Part shown: positions 18,239-27,778 of the stretch, one piece after another
Layout: each line of letters begins with the position of its first letter
How positions within the stretch are numbered: position 1 is the stretch's first letter
Assembly (NCBI GenBank): GCA_017744355.1
Contig: JAGIBK010000003.1
Coordinates: forward strand, 54,547 to 118,546
Reading direction: 5' to 3'
From: a bacterium
GTDB taxonomy: Bacteria > Cyanobacteriota > Sericytochromatia > S15B-MN24 > UBA4093
Length of the DNA: 64,000 nucleotides
The notes under the pieces: model-generated
The model's database searches: none
Told to the model about the DNA's origin: nothing
Seen by the model: the letters and a program-made list of their open reading frames with translations, nothing else
Program-made: the position numbers and the translations under genes

Positions 18239-19453
18239 ATGAGCACGTCGATTCGCACGCCCCTCGAAGCCCTGCAGCCCGGGATGGTCCTGGCAGAGCC
18301 AGTCTTCCATCCCTCGGATCGGCAGCAGTTACTGGGGCCCGGCACCGCCATCACCCCCCAGAACCTCTCGCTGCTCTATCGCGCAGGGGTCGAGGCGGTC
18401 ACGGTGATCAACTTCCAGGCCCAGCCCGTGAAGGCACCCTCCCGCCCCTTGGCGGCTCCCGTGCGGCAGACGGCCAAGACCGGCCCCCTGGGGCGCCTCT
18501 TCGGCGCGAACGAGGCCCCCGCGAAGCCCGCCACCCCCGCTCCGCCTTCCCGCGCCGAGACCGGCGCCCTGTCGCGCTTCACCGAGAGCCGCATCGAGAA
18601 GCTCGCCCGCGACGTGGTCACCCACAACGTCGCCTCGATCCGCGAGATCGCCAACACTTACAAGGAGTCGGCAGCCATCGACTTCGAGAAGGCCGACTCG
18701 TGCGTGCAGACCACGCTCCAAGAGATCGTGATGAACAAGGAGATCCTCAACAGCCTCTGCGATCTGCGGGTCTACGACGAGTACACCTACGCCCACTCCG
18801 CCAACGTCATGAGCCTTAGCCTCCTAATGGGAGTCACCCTGGGCTACCCCATCGACAAGCTGCGCCTCCTGGGGATCGGCGCCCTGTTGCACGACGTGGG
18901 CAAGAACCTCATCCCCGACTTCATCCTCAACAAGCCCGGCAAGCTGACCGAGGCGGAGTTCGCGGTCATGAAGACCCACTCCGAGAAGGGCCTGCGCCTG
19001 ATCCAGAACCACCGCTGGGCCACCCCCGAGATCAAGGGGATCGTCCTGCACCACCACGAGAAATGGGCGGGCGGCGGCTACCCCTACGGCCTCAAGGGCA
19101 ACGACATCCCCGAGATGGCCCGGGCCGTCGCAATCTGCGACGTGTGGGACGCCCTCATCTCCAACCGCGTCTACAAGAAGGGCATGCCCCCCAACCAGGC
19201 CTACCGGATCATCCTGGAGGGCATGGACACCCACTTCGAGCGGCGCATGGTCTGGGCCTTCCAGAACTTCATCGTGCCCTACCCCAAGAACGCGCTGGTG
19301 CTGCTCAACTCGGGCGAGATCGCGAAGGTCGCCCAGGTCAACCGAGAGGACCCGACCCGGCCGGTGGTCGAGATGGACGGCCAGCTCATCGACCTGGGCA
19401 AGCACGGCCGCCTGGTGGTCCAGGACCTGTACCGCCCCGAGGTCAAGGCCTAG
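18239..19453 (+). CDS. HD-GYP domain phosphodiesterase (c-di-GMP-type)
   Basis: HD motif (LHDVGK) and HD-GYP signature HHHEKWAGGGYPYG. Confidence 0.88.
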   Translation: MSTSIRTPLEALQPGMVLAEPVFHPSDRQQLLGPGTAITPQNLSLLYRAGVEAVTVINFQAQPVKAPSRPLAAPVRQTAKTGPLGRLFGANEAPAKPATPAPPSRAETGALSRFTESRIEKLARDVVTHNVASIREIANTYKESAAIDFEKADSCVQTTLQEIVMNKEILNSLCDLRVYDEYTYAHSANVMSLSLLMGVTLGYPIDKLRLLGIGALLHDVGKNLIPDFILNKPGKLTEAEFAVMKTHSEKGLRLIQNHRWATPEIKGIVLHHHEKWAGGGYPYGLKGNDIPEMARAVAICDVWDALISNRVYKKGMPPNQAYRIILEGMDTHFERRMVWAFQNFIVPYPKNALVLLNSGEIAKVAQVNREDPTRPVVEMDGQLIDLGKHGRLVVQDLYRPEVKA

Positions 19454-19516
19454 GCCGGCGCCTGAGGTATAATGGGGCGAAACGTCCCACGATACCTTGA
19501 GGAAGAACCCACCACC

Positions 19517-20395
19517 ATGGCGAGAACGGTCAAGTGCGGCCTGATCCAGGCCGCGAACGTCGAGAAGGACACCTCCAAGCCCATCGAAGCGATCAAGAAG
19601 GCGATGATCGACCACCACGTCGCCATGATCCACGAGGCCGGCAAGCAGGGCGTCCAGATCCTTTGCCTGCAAGAGATCTTCTACGGCCCGTACTTCCCGG
19701 CCGAGCAGGACACCCGCTGGTACCAGGCCGCCGAGCGCATCCCCGACGGCCCCACCGTCAAGCTCATGCAGGAGCTGGCCAAAGAGCACCAGATGGTGCT
19801 GATCGTCCCCATCTACGAAGAGGAAATGGCGGGCGTCTACTACAACACCGCCGCGGTGATCGATGCGGACGGCACCTACCTGGGCAAGTACCGCAAGCAC
19901 CACATCCCGCACCTGCACCCCGGCTTCTGGGAGAAGTTCTACTTCAAGCCCGGCAACCTGGGCTACCCCACCTTCGAGACCCGCTACGCCACCATCGGCG
20001 TCTACCTCTGCTACGACCGGCACTTCCCCGAAGGGGCCCGGGCCCTGGGCCTCAACGGCGCCGAGATCGTCTTCAACCCCTCGGCCACGGTGGCGGGCCT
20101 CTCGGAGTACCTCTGGAAGCTGGAGCAGCCCGCCCATGCGGTCGCCAACGGCTACTACGTCGGCGCCATCAACCGGGTGGGCCACGAGGCCCCCTGGAAC
20201 ATCGGAGAGTTCTACGGCCAGAGCTACTTCTGCGATCCGCGCGGCCAGATGGTCGCGGTCGCGAGCCGTGACCAGGACGAACTGCTCGTCGCCGACCTGG
20301 ACCTGGACATGATCCGCGAAGTGCGCGACACCTGGCAGTTCTTCCGCGATCGCCGGCCCGAAACCTACGACGACCTCACGACCCAGAGCCGGTAA
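19517..20395 (+). CDS. Carbon-nitrogen hydrolase (nitrilase superfamily; beta-ureidopropionase / N-carbamoylputrescine amidase-like)
   Basis: Catalytic Cys context GVYLCYDRHFPE. ATG 19517 with GAGGAAG RBS; TATAAT-like hexamer at 19468-19473 upstream. Confidence 0.88.
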   Translation: MARTVKCGLIQAANVEKDTSKPIEAIKKAMIDHHVAMIHEAGKQGVQILCLQEIFYGPYFPAEQDTRWYQAAERIPDGPTVKLMQELAKEHQMVLIVPIYEEEMAGVYYNTAAVIDADGTYLGKYRKHHIPHLHPGFWEKFYFKPGNLGYPTFETRYATIGVYLCYDRHFPEGARALGLNGAEIVFNPSATVAGLSEYLWKLEQPAHAVANGYYVGAINRVGHEAPWNIGEFYGQSYFCDPRGQMVAVASRDQDELLVADLDLDMIREVRDTWQFFRDRRPETYDDLTTQSR

Positions 20396-20405
20396 CAGCC
20401 AGCAA

Positions 20406-20437
20406 GAGGCCCCGGAACCAAACGGTTCCGGGGCCTC
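20406..20437. terminator. Hairpin between convergent genes (putative bidirectional terminator)
   Basis: gaggccccggaacc / ggttccggggcctc 14-bp stem with aaac loop, followed by aatctttgt. Confidence 0.6.
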
Positions 20438-20450
20438 AATCTTTGTCGGA

Positions 20451-21890
20451 CTACTCGACCATCACCGGGACCATGGTGGAGTCCACCATGCCGTGGATAG
20501 CCTTCTTGTCCGCCGGTGCCACGGTGGCCAGGATCCCGTGCAGGTGCGCCTGTTCGCCGTCCACGAAGTAGTAGGGACAGAGGCGCACGCGGCCATCGAA
20601 CTGGCGGATCTCGCGCCGGTTGAAGTCGTAGTACCGGCTCTGGACCTTGGCGGGCTTGTGGTACTCCTGCAGCAGGTACGGGGTCTCGGGGAAGCTCGCA
20701 AGCGCCGCCTCGACGCGCGTGGCCCACTCCTCGGAAGGGGTGTCGCTGCCGAAGGTGATGCCCCGGCTGCCCCAGGCGAGCTCCGAGAAGCCCGAGGGCT
20801 TGAGCACGAACTCGCGCTGCTTCTTGGTGGTCGGGATCAAGTCGCGGAAGTCGCTGACCGGGCGTCCCTCGACCGTGAGGCCCGGGATCACCCCGTGCGG
20901 CGGCAGGGGGCGCGCATCCACGATCCAGGTGCGGGGCAAGAGCCGCTCCATGGCATGGAAGCTCTCGGCGCCCAGCTCCTGCTCCCAGTAGCCCTGGAGC
21001 ATGGGGTGGTGGAAGAGGGCGAAGAGCATCTTCTCTTCGAGGAAGGTCTTGAAGGGGGGCGTGACGACGACCTGCTGCTTCTTGGCCGCGTACATCATCA
21101 GCTCGGTCTTGGGCACGTTCTTGAGATCGAACAGCTCGAAGAAACGATAGATGACGTCGAGGCGCTCGGCGTCGAGCCAGAAGGCCTCGTCGGCGTAGCG
21201 CAGCTGCTCGGGACGCACGACCTGGACCCGCAAGAGCCCCGCGGCGTTGAGCGCGTCGGCGACGTGGGCCATCTCGTTCCAGTAGTCGTTCGACTCCTGG
21301 GAGATGACGATGGCGACGAAGGGATCGGCCACCTCGGGCACCTGGGCACGGATCATGCGGGCGAAGCCATGCAGCATGCCGTCGGCGCCGCCCACGGTCT
21401 CGAAGCCGAGCTTGGCGTAGGCCGTCGAGAGGCTCGAGACGAAGCCCTGACCGCCGGGCACCGAGTCGAGCTCGCAGGCGATCGCGCGTCCCTCGTCGGT
21501 GAAGATGAGGTCCGGCCGGATGATCGCCGGCACGAGCTTCTTCTGGCGATTCATGCGGGCGTACTCGATCAGGTGCTCGGGCTTGCCCTGCTCCAGGTAC
21601 TCGGCCACCCAGGGCGCGATCTTGCCCTTGACGCTCTCGTAGTAGAGCTTGTTGGCGGCCTGGTAGAACCGCAGCAGGTGGTTACCCAGGCTCTTGACGT
21701 AGAGGTACGTCTCCTTGGAGATGCAGAAGGGCTCCGGCGCGATGCGCCAGGGGATGTGGCTGTCGGGGTGATGGTCGCGGGTGGTCGATTTGAAGATCGC
21801 CTCCCCCTCGGCCATGCGGTTGAGGCTCAGGCAAGCCTCGACCGGATCCACGTGAGAGGGCTTGAGCGCACAGTTTCCGACAATGGTCAT
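20451..21890 (-). CDS. Conserved hypothetical protein, possibly ATP-grasp / glutathionylspermidine-synthase-like ligase (function uncertain)
   Basis: 479-aa ORF with GC-biased third positions; start 9 nt after the upstream zinc-ribbon gene's stop (translational coupling). Family assignment is a guess from overall composition, not a motif match. Confidence 0.75.
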   Translation of the reverse strand: MTIVGNCALKPSHVDPVEACLSLNRMAEGEAIFKSTTRDHHPDSHIPWRIAPEPFCISKETYLYVKSLGNHLLRFYQAANKLYYESVKGKIAPWVAEYLEQGKPEHLIEYARMNRQKKLVPAIIRPDLIFTDEGRAIACELDSVPGGQGFVSSLSTAYAKLGFETVGGADGMLHGFARMIRAQVPEVADPFVAIVISQESNDYWNEMAHVADALNAAGLLRVQVVRPEQLRYADEAFWLDAERLDVIYRFFELFDLKNVPKTELMMYAAKKQQVVVTPPFKTFLEEKMLFALFHHPMLQGYWEQELGAESFHAMERLLPRTWIVDARPLPPHGVIPGLTVEGRPVSDFRDLIPTTKKQREFVLKPSGFSELAWGSRGITFGSDTPSEEWATRVEAALASFPETPYLLQEYHKPAKVQSRYYDFNRREIRQFDGRVRLCPYYFVDGEQAHLHGILATVAPADKKAIHGMVDSTMVPVMVE

Positions 21891-21899
21891 AAGCTCGGC

Positions 21900-22214
21900 C
21901 TAGTTGTTGCCGGTGGCGCGCGAGACGCCCCAGGCGATGAGGATCACCACCAGTACCAGCACCATGCCGATGCCGAACCAGGAGTCCTTGCCCCCCTCGC
22001 CGTGCTCCCCGTCGCCGAAGTCGCGGTCCTCGATGCCCAGGGCATCCAGGTCATCGGCCTTGAAGCCCTCGGTCGCGGTGGGCGGGGGGATGGTGATGCC
22101 CGTGAACTGAGGCGTCTGAAGGTAGCTGGCCTTGGCCTCGGACACCATCAGGGCCCCGCAGTGCTTGCAGAACTTGGTGTCTTCCTTGTAGCCGCAGCTC
22201 GGACAAGTCATCAT
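21900..22214 (-). CDS. Small zinc-ribbon protein with C-terminal transmembrane helix
   Basis: CPSCGY…CKHCG zinc-ribbon Cys pairs; C-terminal hydrophobic helix WFGIGMVLVLVVILIAWGV; GC-biased third positions. Confidence 0.65.
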   Translation of the reverse strand: MMTCPSCGYKEDTKFCKHCGALMVSEAKASYLQTPQFTGITIPPPTATEGFKADDLDALGIEDRDFGDGEHGEGGKDSWFGIGMVLVLVVILIAWGVSRATGNN

Positions 22215-22328
22215 CGCGTCAATACCTCAATGCGTGCGAATGAACCCTGCGAGCCGGCACGACGCGCGGCACGCAAGACCTCCATTATCGTCGATCGCGG
22301 CCCGTCTGAAAAGGGGGCTAACCTTTCG

Positions 22329-22820
22329 TTAGTGACTTTCGCGCCGTTCGAGGATCACGATGCCCGGCGGCCAGGGGATTCCCGCCGGTTGCGGCGACAG
22401 GATCCGGGCCCCGTCCCCGTCCACCTGGAAGCGCGCGACCCGCTGGAAGGTGCCCCCGCCGCCGTCCTTGACGGTGAGAAAGACCTCGTAGATGCCCGGG
22501 GTACGCGGCGGCAGGTAGGCGCTGTAACTGGTGGCCAGCGAGTCCGAGGCGACCGGCACGCTCTCGGAAGCGACCGATAGCCAGCCTGCGCTGGTGCGCC
22601 AGTTGAAGGCCATCATCCCCACCCCGCTCGCAAGGGCCATGAGTTCGAAGGGGCCGCGCTTCTCCAGGGTGGAGGCAGGGCGCGCCTCAAAACGGACGAT
22701 CAAGGGATTTTGCTCGCTGCGCGGGCCGTAGGCCCCGGTCAAGTGGTCGCAGGCGCTCAACGACGCCACGATCATCGCCCCGGCCACAACCCAGCCCATC
22801 CACTCGCCTGCCTGACGCAT
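22329..22820 (-). CDS. Hypothetical lipoprotein (last gene of the pilus-like locus)
   Basis: ATG at 22820 (GGGAGG upstream) gives MRQAGEWMGWVVAGAMIVASLSAC with a canonical LSAC lipobox. Track ORF extends further 5' without support. Confidence 0.6.
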   Translation of the reverse strand: MRQAGEWMGWVVAGAMIVASLSACDHLTGAYGPRSEQNPLIVRFEARPASTLEKRGPFELMALASGVGMMAFNWRTSAGWLSVASESVPVASDSLATSYSAYLPPRTPGIYEVFLTVKDGGGGTFQRVARFQVDGDGARILSPQPAGIPWPPGIVILERRESH

Positions 22821-22938
22821 GGTGCAGACCTCCCGGGCTGCGCTTATGCAGCCAAGGCTTACGATACCTGCCTTCACGCCCATGCCACAGGCCGGGACCG
22901 ACGAAGTTTCACGCATGCCTCGTGCGATATGACCAAAG

Positions 22939-25437
22939 CTAATTTCTGAGCTTGAGCGTCAACACCAGGCGCTTGATGCCGCGCGGCGCGGTCATTTGAA
23001 GCTCCACCCGGCACGAGCCGGCGGGCAGCGTGGCAGGGAGCCGGGTCGTCACTTGCCAGTCACGTTTGTCCACCCGGCGCAAGGGGATGGGTGGCGATCC
23101 CTCGAAGCGCAGCCAGACCTGACGCGCCGTGGCGATCGCCCGGACCCGCACAGTGACGGGCCGCCCGCGCACGGCGGGGTCGGGGGTGAAGACCACGGGC
23201 GGCGGCGAGTTGTGCGGCGCTTGAGGCTCGGCCGCCGTCTCGAAAAACTCAGCGGACAGGGAGCCGTCGAGCTTGAGCAGGGGGGCCTCTTTCTGGCTCA
23301 CGACGAAGTCCAGGTCGTCGCGTGCGGCCTGCTCTTTCAGAGAAATGGCATGGGCCTGCTCTTCCCAGGTATAGTCGCCGTCCATCGAGGAGCTCGCAAG
23401 GCGTACCACGTAATGGCCCGCCGGCAGGGCCTCGAAGGCGTAGCGACCTTCCGCGTCGGTCCATGTCTCGCGCGCCTCCTCGCCTTCGAGCGCCACGGTG
23501 AGCGACGCCACGCCGCGCCCCTGGCGATCGCGCACGCGGCCCGCGAGGCGGCGCGCGAGCTGGACGTCGAAGCGCAGGTCCAGAAGCTGCTGCCCCTTGG
23601 CCAGGGTAACGGCGCGCACGGTCTGAGCAGGCGCGATCGCAAGCGCCAAAGGCAAGCGATTGGCGTCGAGCGACACGAGGTGAGGGCCCGGCGTGACCTC
23701 GTCGAAGGCAAAGCGCCCATCCGGGGCCACCGTCGCAACCTGCACCCGATCCAGCAGGACCCGCAGCTCGCCTGTGACCGTGCCGGGCGGCAAGAAGACG
23801 CGTCCGCCGAGGCGCGCCGGGCGCTCATCAGGCGTCCTCTCGCCCGGTGGCCCGAAGCGGCTCTCGTAGCGAGCGAGCCAGCGGGCACTCGCCGGCCCAC
23901 CGATGCTCTGTTCGAGCGCCCCCGTCGCGCTGAGCTGCTCGCTCTCGGAGAGCAGGGTGCTCAGATCGAGGCTCAGCCCCACGCGGCTGCTCGGATCGAA
24001 GGGTTCGGTCGCCAGGTGTTCGAGAAAGGCGCCGCTACGGACCTGCACCCGTCGATCCAGGAGCGGCCCGCCCCAGGCGAGGCCGTGCAGGAGCCTGGTC
24101 GGGGCATCCGCGCGAAGCGTCACGTTCTCGTTCCAGTCCAGGGCGCTGCCGAACAGGCCGCTCTCCTGCAAGCCCAGCAGGTGCTGCTGAATGGGAGCAC
24201 CTGAGAAGTGGCTCTGCCACCACTCCCAGCGGGCCCGGCTGCGCTGCGCGAACGGCAGCTGAAAGGTCAGCTCGCTCGCGAGGCGGTCGAAGCGCAGCGC
24301 ATAGGACGTAGAAGCGCTGGTCGTGAGCATGTCGCTCTGCGAGTAGCTCACGTTCGTGCCGGGCCCCTGCCGTGGCTGGTAGGCGAGCCCCACCATGGCA
24401 AAGCCCGATTGCTGGCGCGGCAGGGCCGCATCCCCGGCCAGGTTGAGCATCCCACGCCCCATGGTGGCGTTGGCCTGCCATTCCCCCGAGAGCTCCGCTT
24501 TCAGGGACGCGTTCCAGTTCTCGCGCCCCCCCTCGCGCAGGAAGGCCTGGTAGCGAACCGGCTGGAAGTCGGCCCCCTGGCGCAGGTAGGTACCCTGGAA
24601 GCGCAGGCGATCCCATGGCACCTCGGCCGACCAGCGCGTCCCCCAGTCGGGACGCGCGCCTCCGAGCGCGGCGGCGAGGTCCCCTTCGAGACGCGTCCCG
24701 CCCTCCACGTAGGCTGCCCCGACGCTGGTGAGGCCGCCGCGGATCGCAAGGTCCTCGTCGTCCTGGGCGAGCAGCCTCCCGCGCAAGACGAGGCGATCGG
24801 AGAGGGGCGTCTCCGCCTGGGCGCCGGCGAGGGTGCGGCGGCGCTCGGCCGAGGCGATGGCAGGGCGATCGCGTCCGGCGAAGGCCATCCCCTTCCAGTT
24901 GCGGCCCTGCAGGTGGGCTCCCCCACCGCGGATCGCCAGGTCGTCCATCAAGAGCGCGCCCAGCGAGAGCGCCTCGTCGCCGATCGTCAAAAAGCCACGA
25001 TCGCCCAGGTGGCCGACGAGGCTGAACTCACCGAGTTGCCAGGCCTGGTCCTGCCGGTCGGCGACCGAGCGAAAAGACCAGAGCGTGTCTCCCTGGCTCC
25101 CGCGCAGCGACAAGCCCAGGCGCGACGTGCTCATGCCCTGGCCCGCGTCGCCCCCGTAGCGGCTCGCCCCTTGATGAAGCTGCATTTCGCCCGAGGGCAG
25201 CCAGGGCATGAGGCGCAGGGGGTTGAGCACCCCTTCCGGCAAAGGAGTGGTCGGCACCTTGAGAATGGTTCCCTGGGTCGAAGCCGGTGGTGGCGAGGGT
25301 GCGGCCTTCTTGACGCGCTTGACCACGGGCACCTTGGCCTCGGGCAGCAGGAGCTGTTCGCTCGGCACGGCCCCCCACGCCGCGCCGGCGAAGCCGAGCA
25401 CCCCGATTGCGCATGCCCAGCGGCAAAGCGTACGCAA
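22939..25437 (-). CDS. Large outer-membrane protein, putative pilus usher-like assembly platform (atypical; C-terminal CarboxypepD_reg-like domain)
   Basis: 832 aa with signal peptide; TTG start 3 nt after the chaperone-like gene's stop. Assignment rests on size and gene order (pilin, adhesin, chaperone, this gene), not on a recognised usher motif. Confidence 0.6.
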   Translation of the reverse strand: MRTLCRWACAIGVLGFAGAAWGAVPSEQLLLPEAKVPVVKRVKKAAPSPPPASTQGTILKVPTTPLPEGVLNPLRLMPWLPSGEMQLHQGASRYGGDAGQGMSTSRLGLSLRGSQGDTLWSFRSVADRQDQAWQLGEFSLVGHLGDRGFLTIGDEALSLGALLMDDLAIRGGGAHLQGRNWKGMAFAGRDRPAIASAERRRTLAGAQAETPLSDRLVLRGRLLAQDDEDLAIRGGLTSVGAAYVEGGTRLEGDLAAALGGARPDWGTRWSAEVPWDRLRFQGTYLRQGADFQPVRYQAFLREGGRENWNASLKAELSGEWQANATMGRGMLNLAGDAALPRQQSGFAMVGLAYQPRQGPGTNVSYSQSDMLTTSASTSYALRFDRLASELTFQLPFAQRSRARWEWWQSHFSGAPIQQHLLGLQESGLFGSALDWNENVTLRADAPTRLLHGLAWGGPLLDRRVQVRSGAFLEHLATEPFDPSSRVGLSLDLSTLLSESEQLSATGALEQSIGGPASARWLARYESRFGPPGERTPDERPARLGGRVFLPPGTVTGELRVLLDRVQVATVAPDGRFAFDEVTPGPHLVSLDANRLPLALAIAPAQTVRAVTLAKGQQLLDLRFDVQLARRLAGRVRDRQGRGVASLTVALEGEEARETWTDAEGRYAFEALPAGHYVVRLASSSMDGDYTWEEQAHAISLKEQAARDDLDFVVSQKEAPLLKLDGSLSAEFFETAAEPQAPHNSPPPVVFTPDPAVRGRPVTVRVRAIATARQVWLRFEGSPPIPLRRVDKRDWQVTTRLPATLPAGSCRVELQMTAPRGIKRLVLTLKLRN

Positions 25438-25440
25438 AGG

Positions 25441-26250
25441 CTATCGTTCCAGGAAGGTCTCCGCCTCCAGGGCCTCCTCGCCGCCATAGTCGAGGGAGAC
25501 CTGGGCCTGGTAGCGTCCCGGGGCGAGGTCCTTCTCAAGGGGAAGCTGAAGCAGGCGCTTGCTTTCGCGGATGAGGGCCACGTCCTCGATCTTGAGCTCC
25601 GCGACGGTCGTGCCGTCCGGTCGACTCAGCTTGACCACGCCCGAGCACCGCACATGGACCTTGCCGGGATTCTCCAGCACGAGGCCGACCCGCGCAGGGG
25701 CCTTGCCCTTAGGCGGTAGGTAGGCGACGCCCCCGATCGTGGCCTGCCGCTCGAACGGCGGAACCGCCACGTACAGGGTGTCCCCCAGGCGCTGGCTGAA
25801 GAGGATCATGGAGCGACCCTTCTTGGTGGGCACCTGAGGCGGTGTCGTCTCGAAGAAGAGCATGCCCTGGTACTCGCCCGGCTCGACGCCCGCTGGCACC
25901 GCCACGTTGACCCGGACGGCCTGCTGCTGGTTGGGCAGCAGCACGAACTGCGCCGGCGAGAAGGTGACGAAGCGCTGCGCGGAGTACGCAGACTTGCCCG
26001 GCAGCAAGAAGAGCATCTCCCCCGACGGGTGAAGGCCCCAGTCGGAGTAGTAGGCGCGGACCCGCAGGGCGTCTTTACCCGAGTTGGCGACGGTGACCGA
26101 GAAGGCCTGATTCTCGCCAGGCGTCACGACCAGCTCCTGGCGCGCGGGAAAGATCGACAGCGAGGAGAGCCCAGCCTTGGCGGGGGATGCCCAGGCGAGA
26201 CTCAGCAGGCAGAGGGCCAGGAAGAGGAGGGGGCGAGCTTGGTGCTGCAC
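25441..26250 (-). CDS. Periplasmic pilus-assembly chaperone-like protein (PapD-like fold predicted)
   Basis: GTG start at 26250 gives signal peptide (V)QHQARPLLFLALCLLSLAWASPAKA. Beta-rich pattern IFPARQELVVTPGENQAFSVTVANSG…RVRAYYSDW resembles chaperone N-domain signatures. The track's 57 extra N-terminal residues are Arg-rich and unlikely. Confidence 0.65.
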   Translation of the reverse strand: MQHQARPLLFLALCLLSLAWASPAKAGLSSLSIFPARQELVVTPGENQAFSVTVANSGKDALRVRAYYSDWGLHPSGEMLFLLPGKSAYSAQRFVTFSPAQFVLLPNQQQAVRVNVAVPAGVEPGEYQGMLFFETTPPQVPTKKGRSMILFSQRLGDTLYVAVPPFERQATIGGVAYLPPKGKAPARVGLVLENPGKVHVRCSGVVKLSRPDGTTVAELKIEDVALIRESKRLLQLPLEKDLAPGRYQAQVSLDYGGEEALEAETFLER

Positions 26251-26264
26251 GGAAGAGGCGCCTT

Positions 26265-27776
26265 TCAATACCCGGCCGCCGTGTAGGTGACGGTCGAGAC
26301 GTACGTATCGGAGGTGTAGGCCCAGCTGGGCAGGAACCGGTAGTCGAAGGTCAGGATCCCGCCGTCGGTGCGGCCGTCGAGCGTGGCGAGGCTCAAGGCC
26401 TGCTGGCTGAAGGCGTCCCAAACGCCGTTGCCCCGGCTCAGCTGCACCTGCGCCCTCACCGCCTCTCCCCCGACCGGCGGCCGCGAGGGGCTCGCGCGAA
26501 AGAGGAAGCTCGAAAGGGGGAGGGTCTCGCGCTCCGAGGTGGGCGCGGTCGCCGCGACCGAGAGGGTGGTTTGGCCATAGTTGCTCTTGAGCGTGACCAC
26601 CGCCGCGCCATCGGCCTGATCGGTGCCGGGGGCCTCCGGGTCGGAGACCAGCTGGATGGGCCCCGTGTTGACGGTGAGCGTCAAGCGAGGGGGCACCGTC
26701 ACCGCAACGGTCGTGGGGGTCAGGACCGCGGGCGGTGCGGCGCCGCTCGCGAAAGCGGCGGTATAGGTCAACTGCGACGTGTAAGTGGCCGGGGCGTACG
26801 CCCAGTCGCTGTCCACCTGAAAGCTCAGATCGAAGGGCGTCTCGGCGGAAGGCCCCGAGAACGAGGCCACCGTCTGGTCCGTTTCGCTCAGGGCACGGGG
26901 CGCGGCCGAGCCGAGACGGAAGGTATAGGCGCCGAAGGGGATGGTGTTGATGCCGTCCGAGAGGGGCCTTGCCCGGATGGCGAGCGTCGTCGCCTCCCCT
27001 GGCCGGGCGTTGCTCTTGAGCACCGCCCTCACGTTGGAGGTGGCGGGCGAAGCCGCCAGCGGATCGGCCGTCAACGTGAAGTGACTCGGCGGGACCGAGA
27101 GGGCCACGCGAGGCGGCACGGTAAGCGCGATCGCGAGGCTGGTCGGCAACACCGGCCCATCCTCGAGGCGGTATCCGTAGCTGAGGCCTGCCGAATAGGT
27201 GCCCCAGGGCTGCAGCCAGCTGTTCTTCAGCTTGAGCTGCGTGTTGTAATACCGGGCACCCTTCTTGCTCTTGCTCAGCCCGAACTGGCGCGTCGCGGTC
27301 GCAAGGGCCTGGTTATTGGGGTTGCTCCGCGATCGCGTGGCCGTCCAGACGGACTTGGAGTCGGTCCCGGCCCCGTCCCAGACCAGGTTGGCGAGCGGCA
27401 TGCTGCCGAACGAGGATAAAAGGTCGCCCGACGCGCCGAGGAAGGCCCCGACCTCGTCCTTCTTGGGGGTCAGAAACCAGAGCGGATCCTGGAGCAGGCC
27501 GCCGAGATCCAGGTCCAGATCGAGCGAAAGACCATCGTCGGGGCCGTTCTGCGAATAGCTGAGTTCGTACTGGATACCGGGGGAGAGGATCGAGACGGGC
27601 TCCGTATCAGGGTTGGAGGCCTCCATGACCCCTACCAGGGAGACGGCACCGCCAAGGGGCGCCCCCGTGGCGGCGTTTTTCAACGACGTCACGGGCGGCG
27701 CCACCTTGGAATCAGCGATCGCCTCGGTTGCCAGTCCCAGCCATGTCGCCACGACCAGGAGGGACAGCCGACGCAT
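26265..27776 (-). CDS. Secreted multi-domain pilus subunit / tip-adhesin-like protein with two SCPU-like modules
   Basis: Signal peptide. Two modules ending in the motif YTSQLTYTAA / YTSDTYVSTVTYTAA, shared with the adjacent 170-aa pilin. Start 2 nt after the pilin stop. Confidence 0.7.
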   Translation of the reverse strand: MRRLSLLVVATWLGLATEAIADSKVAPPVTSLKNAATGAPLGGAVSLVGVMEASNPDTEPVSILSPGIQYELSYSQNGPDDGLSLDLDLDLGGLLQDPLWFLTPKKDEVGAFLGASGDLLSSFGSMPLANLVWDGAGTDSKSVWTATRSRSNPNNQALATATRQFGLSKSKKGARYYNTQLKLKNSWLQPWGTYSAGLSYGYRLEDGPVLPTSLAIALTVPPRVALSVPPSHFTLTADPLAASPATSNVRAVLKSNARPGEATTLAIRARPLSDGINTIPFGAYTFRLGSAAPRALSETDQTVASFSGPSAETPFDLSFQVDSDWAYAPATYTSQLTYTAAFASGAAPPAVLTPTTVAVTVPPRLTLTVNTGPIQLVSDPEAPGTDQADGAAVVTLKSNYGQTTLSVAATAPTSERETLPLSSFLFRASPSRPPVGGEAVRAQVQLSRGNGVWDAFSQQALSLATLDGRTDGGILTFDYRFLPSWAYTSDTYVSTVTYTAAGY

Positions 27777-27778
27777 GC

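Noticed and set aside
18824-22580. ORFs 18824..20185 (-), 19534..20271 (+), 20493..22580 (+, 695 aa)
   Set aside because: Shadows of the HD-GYP, nitrilase-family, ligase-like and zinc-ribbon genes; no motifs and biased composition.
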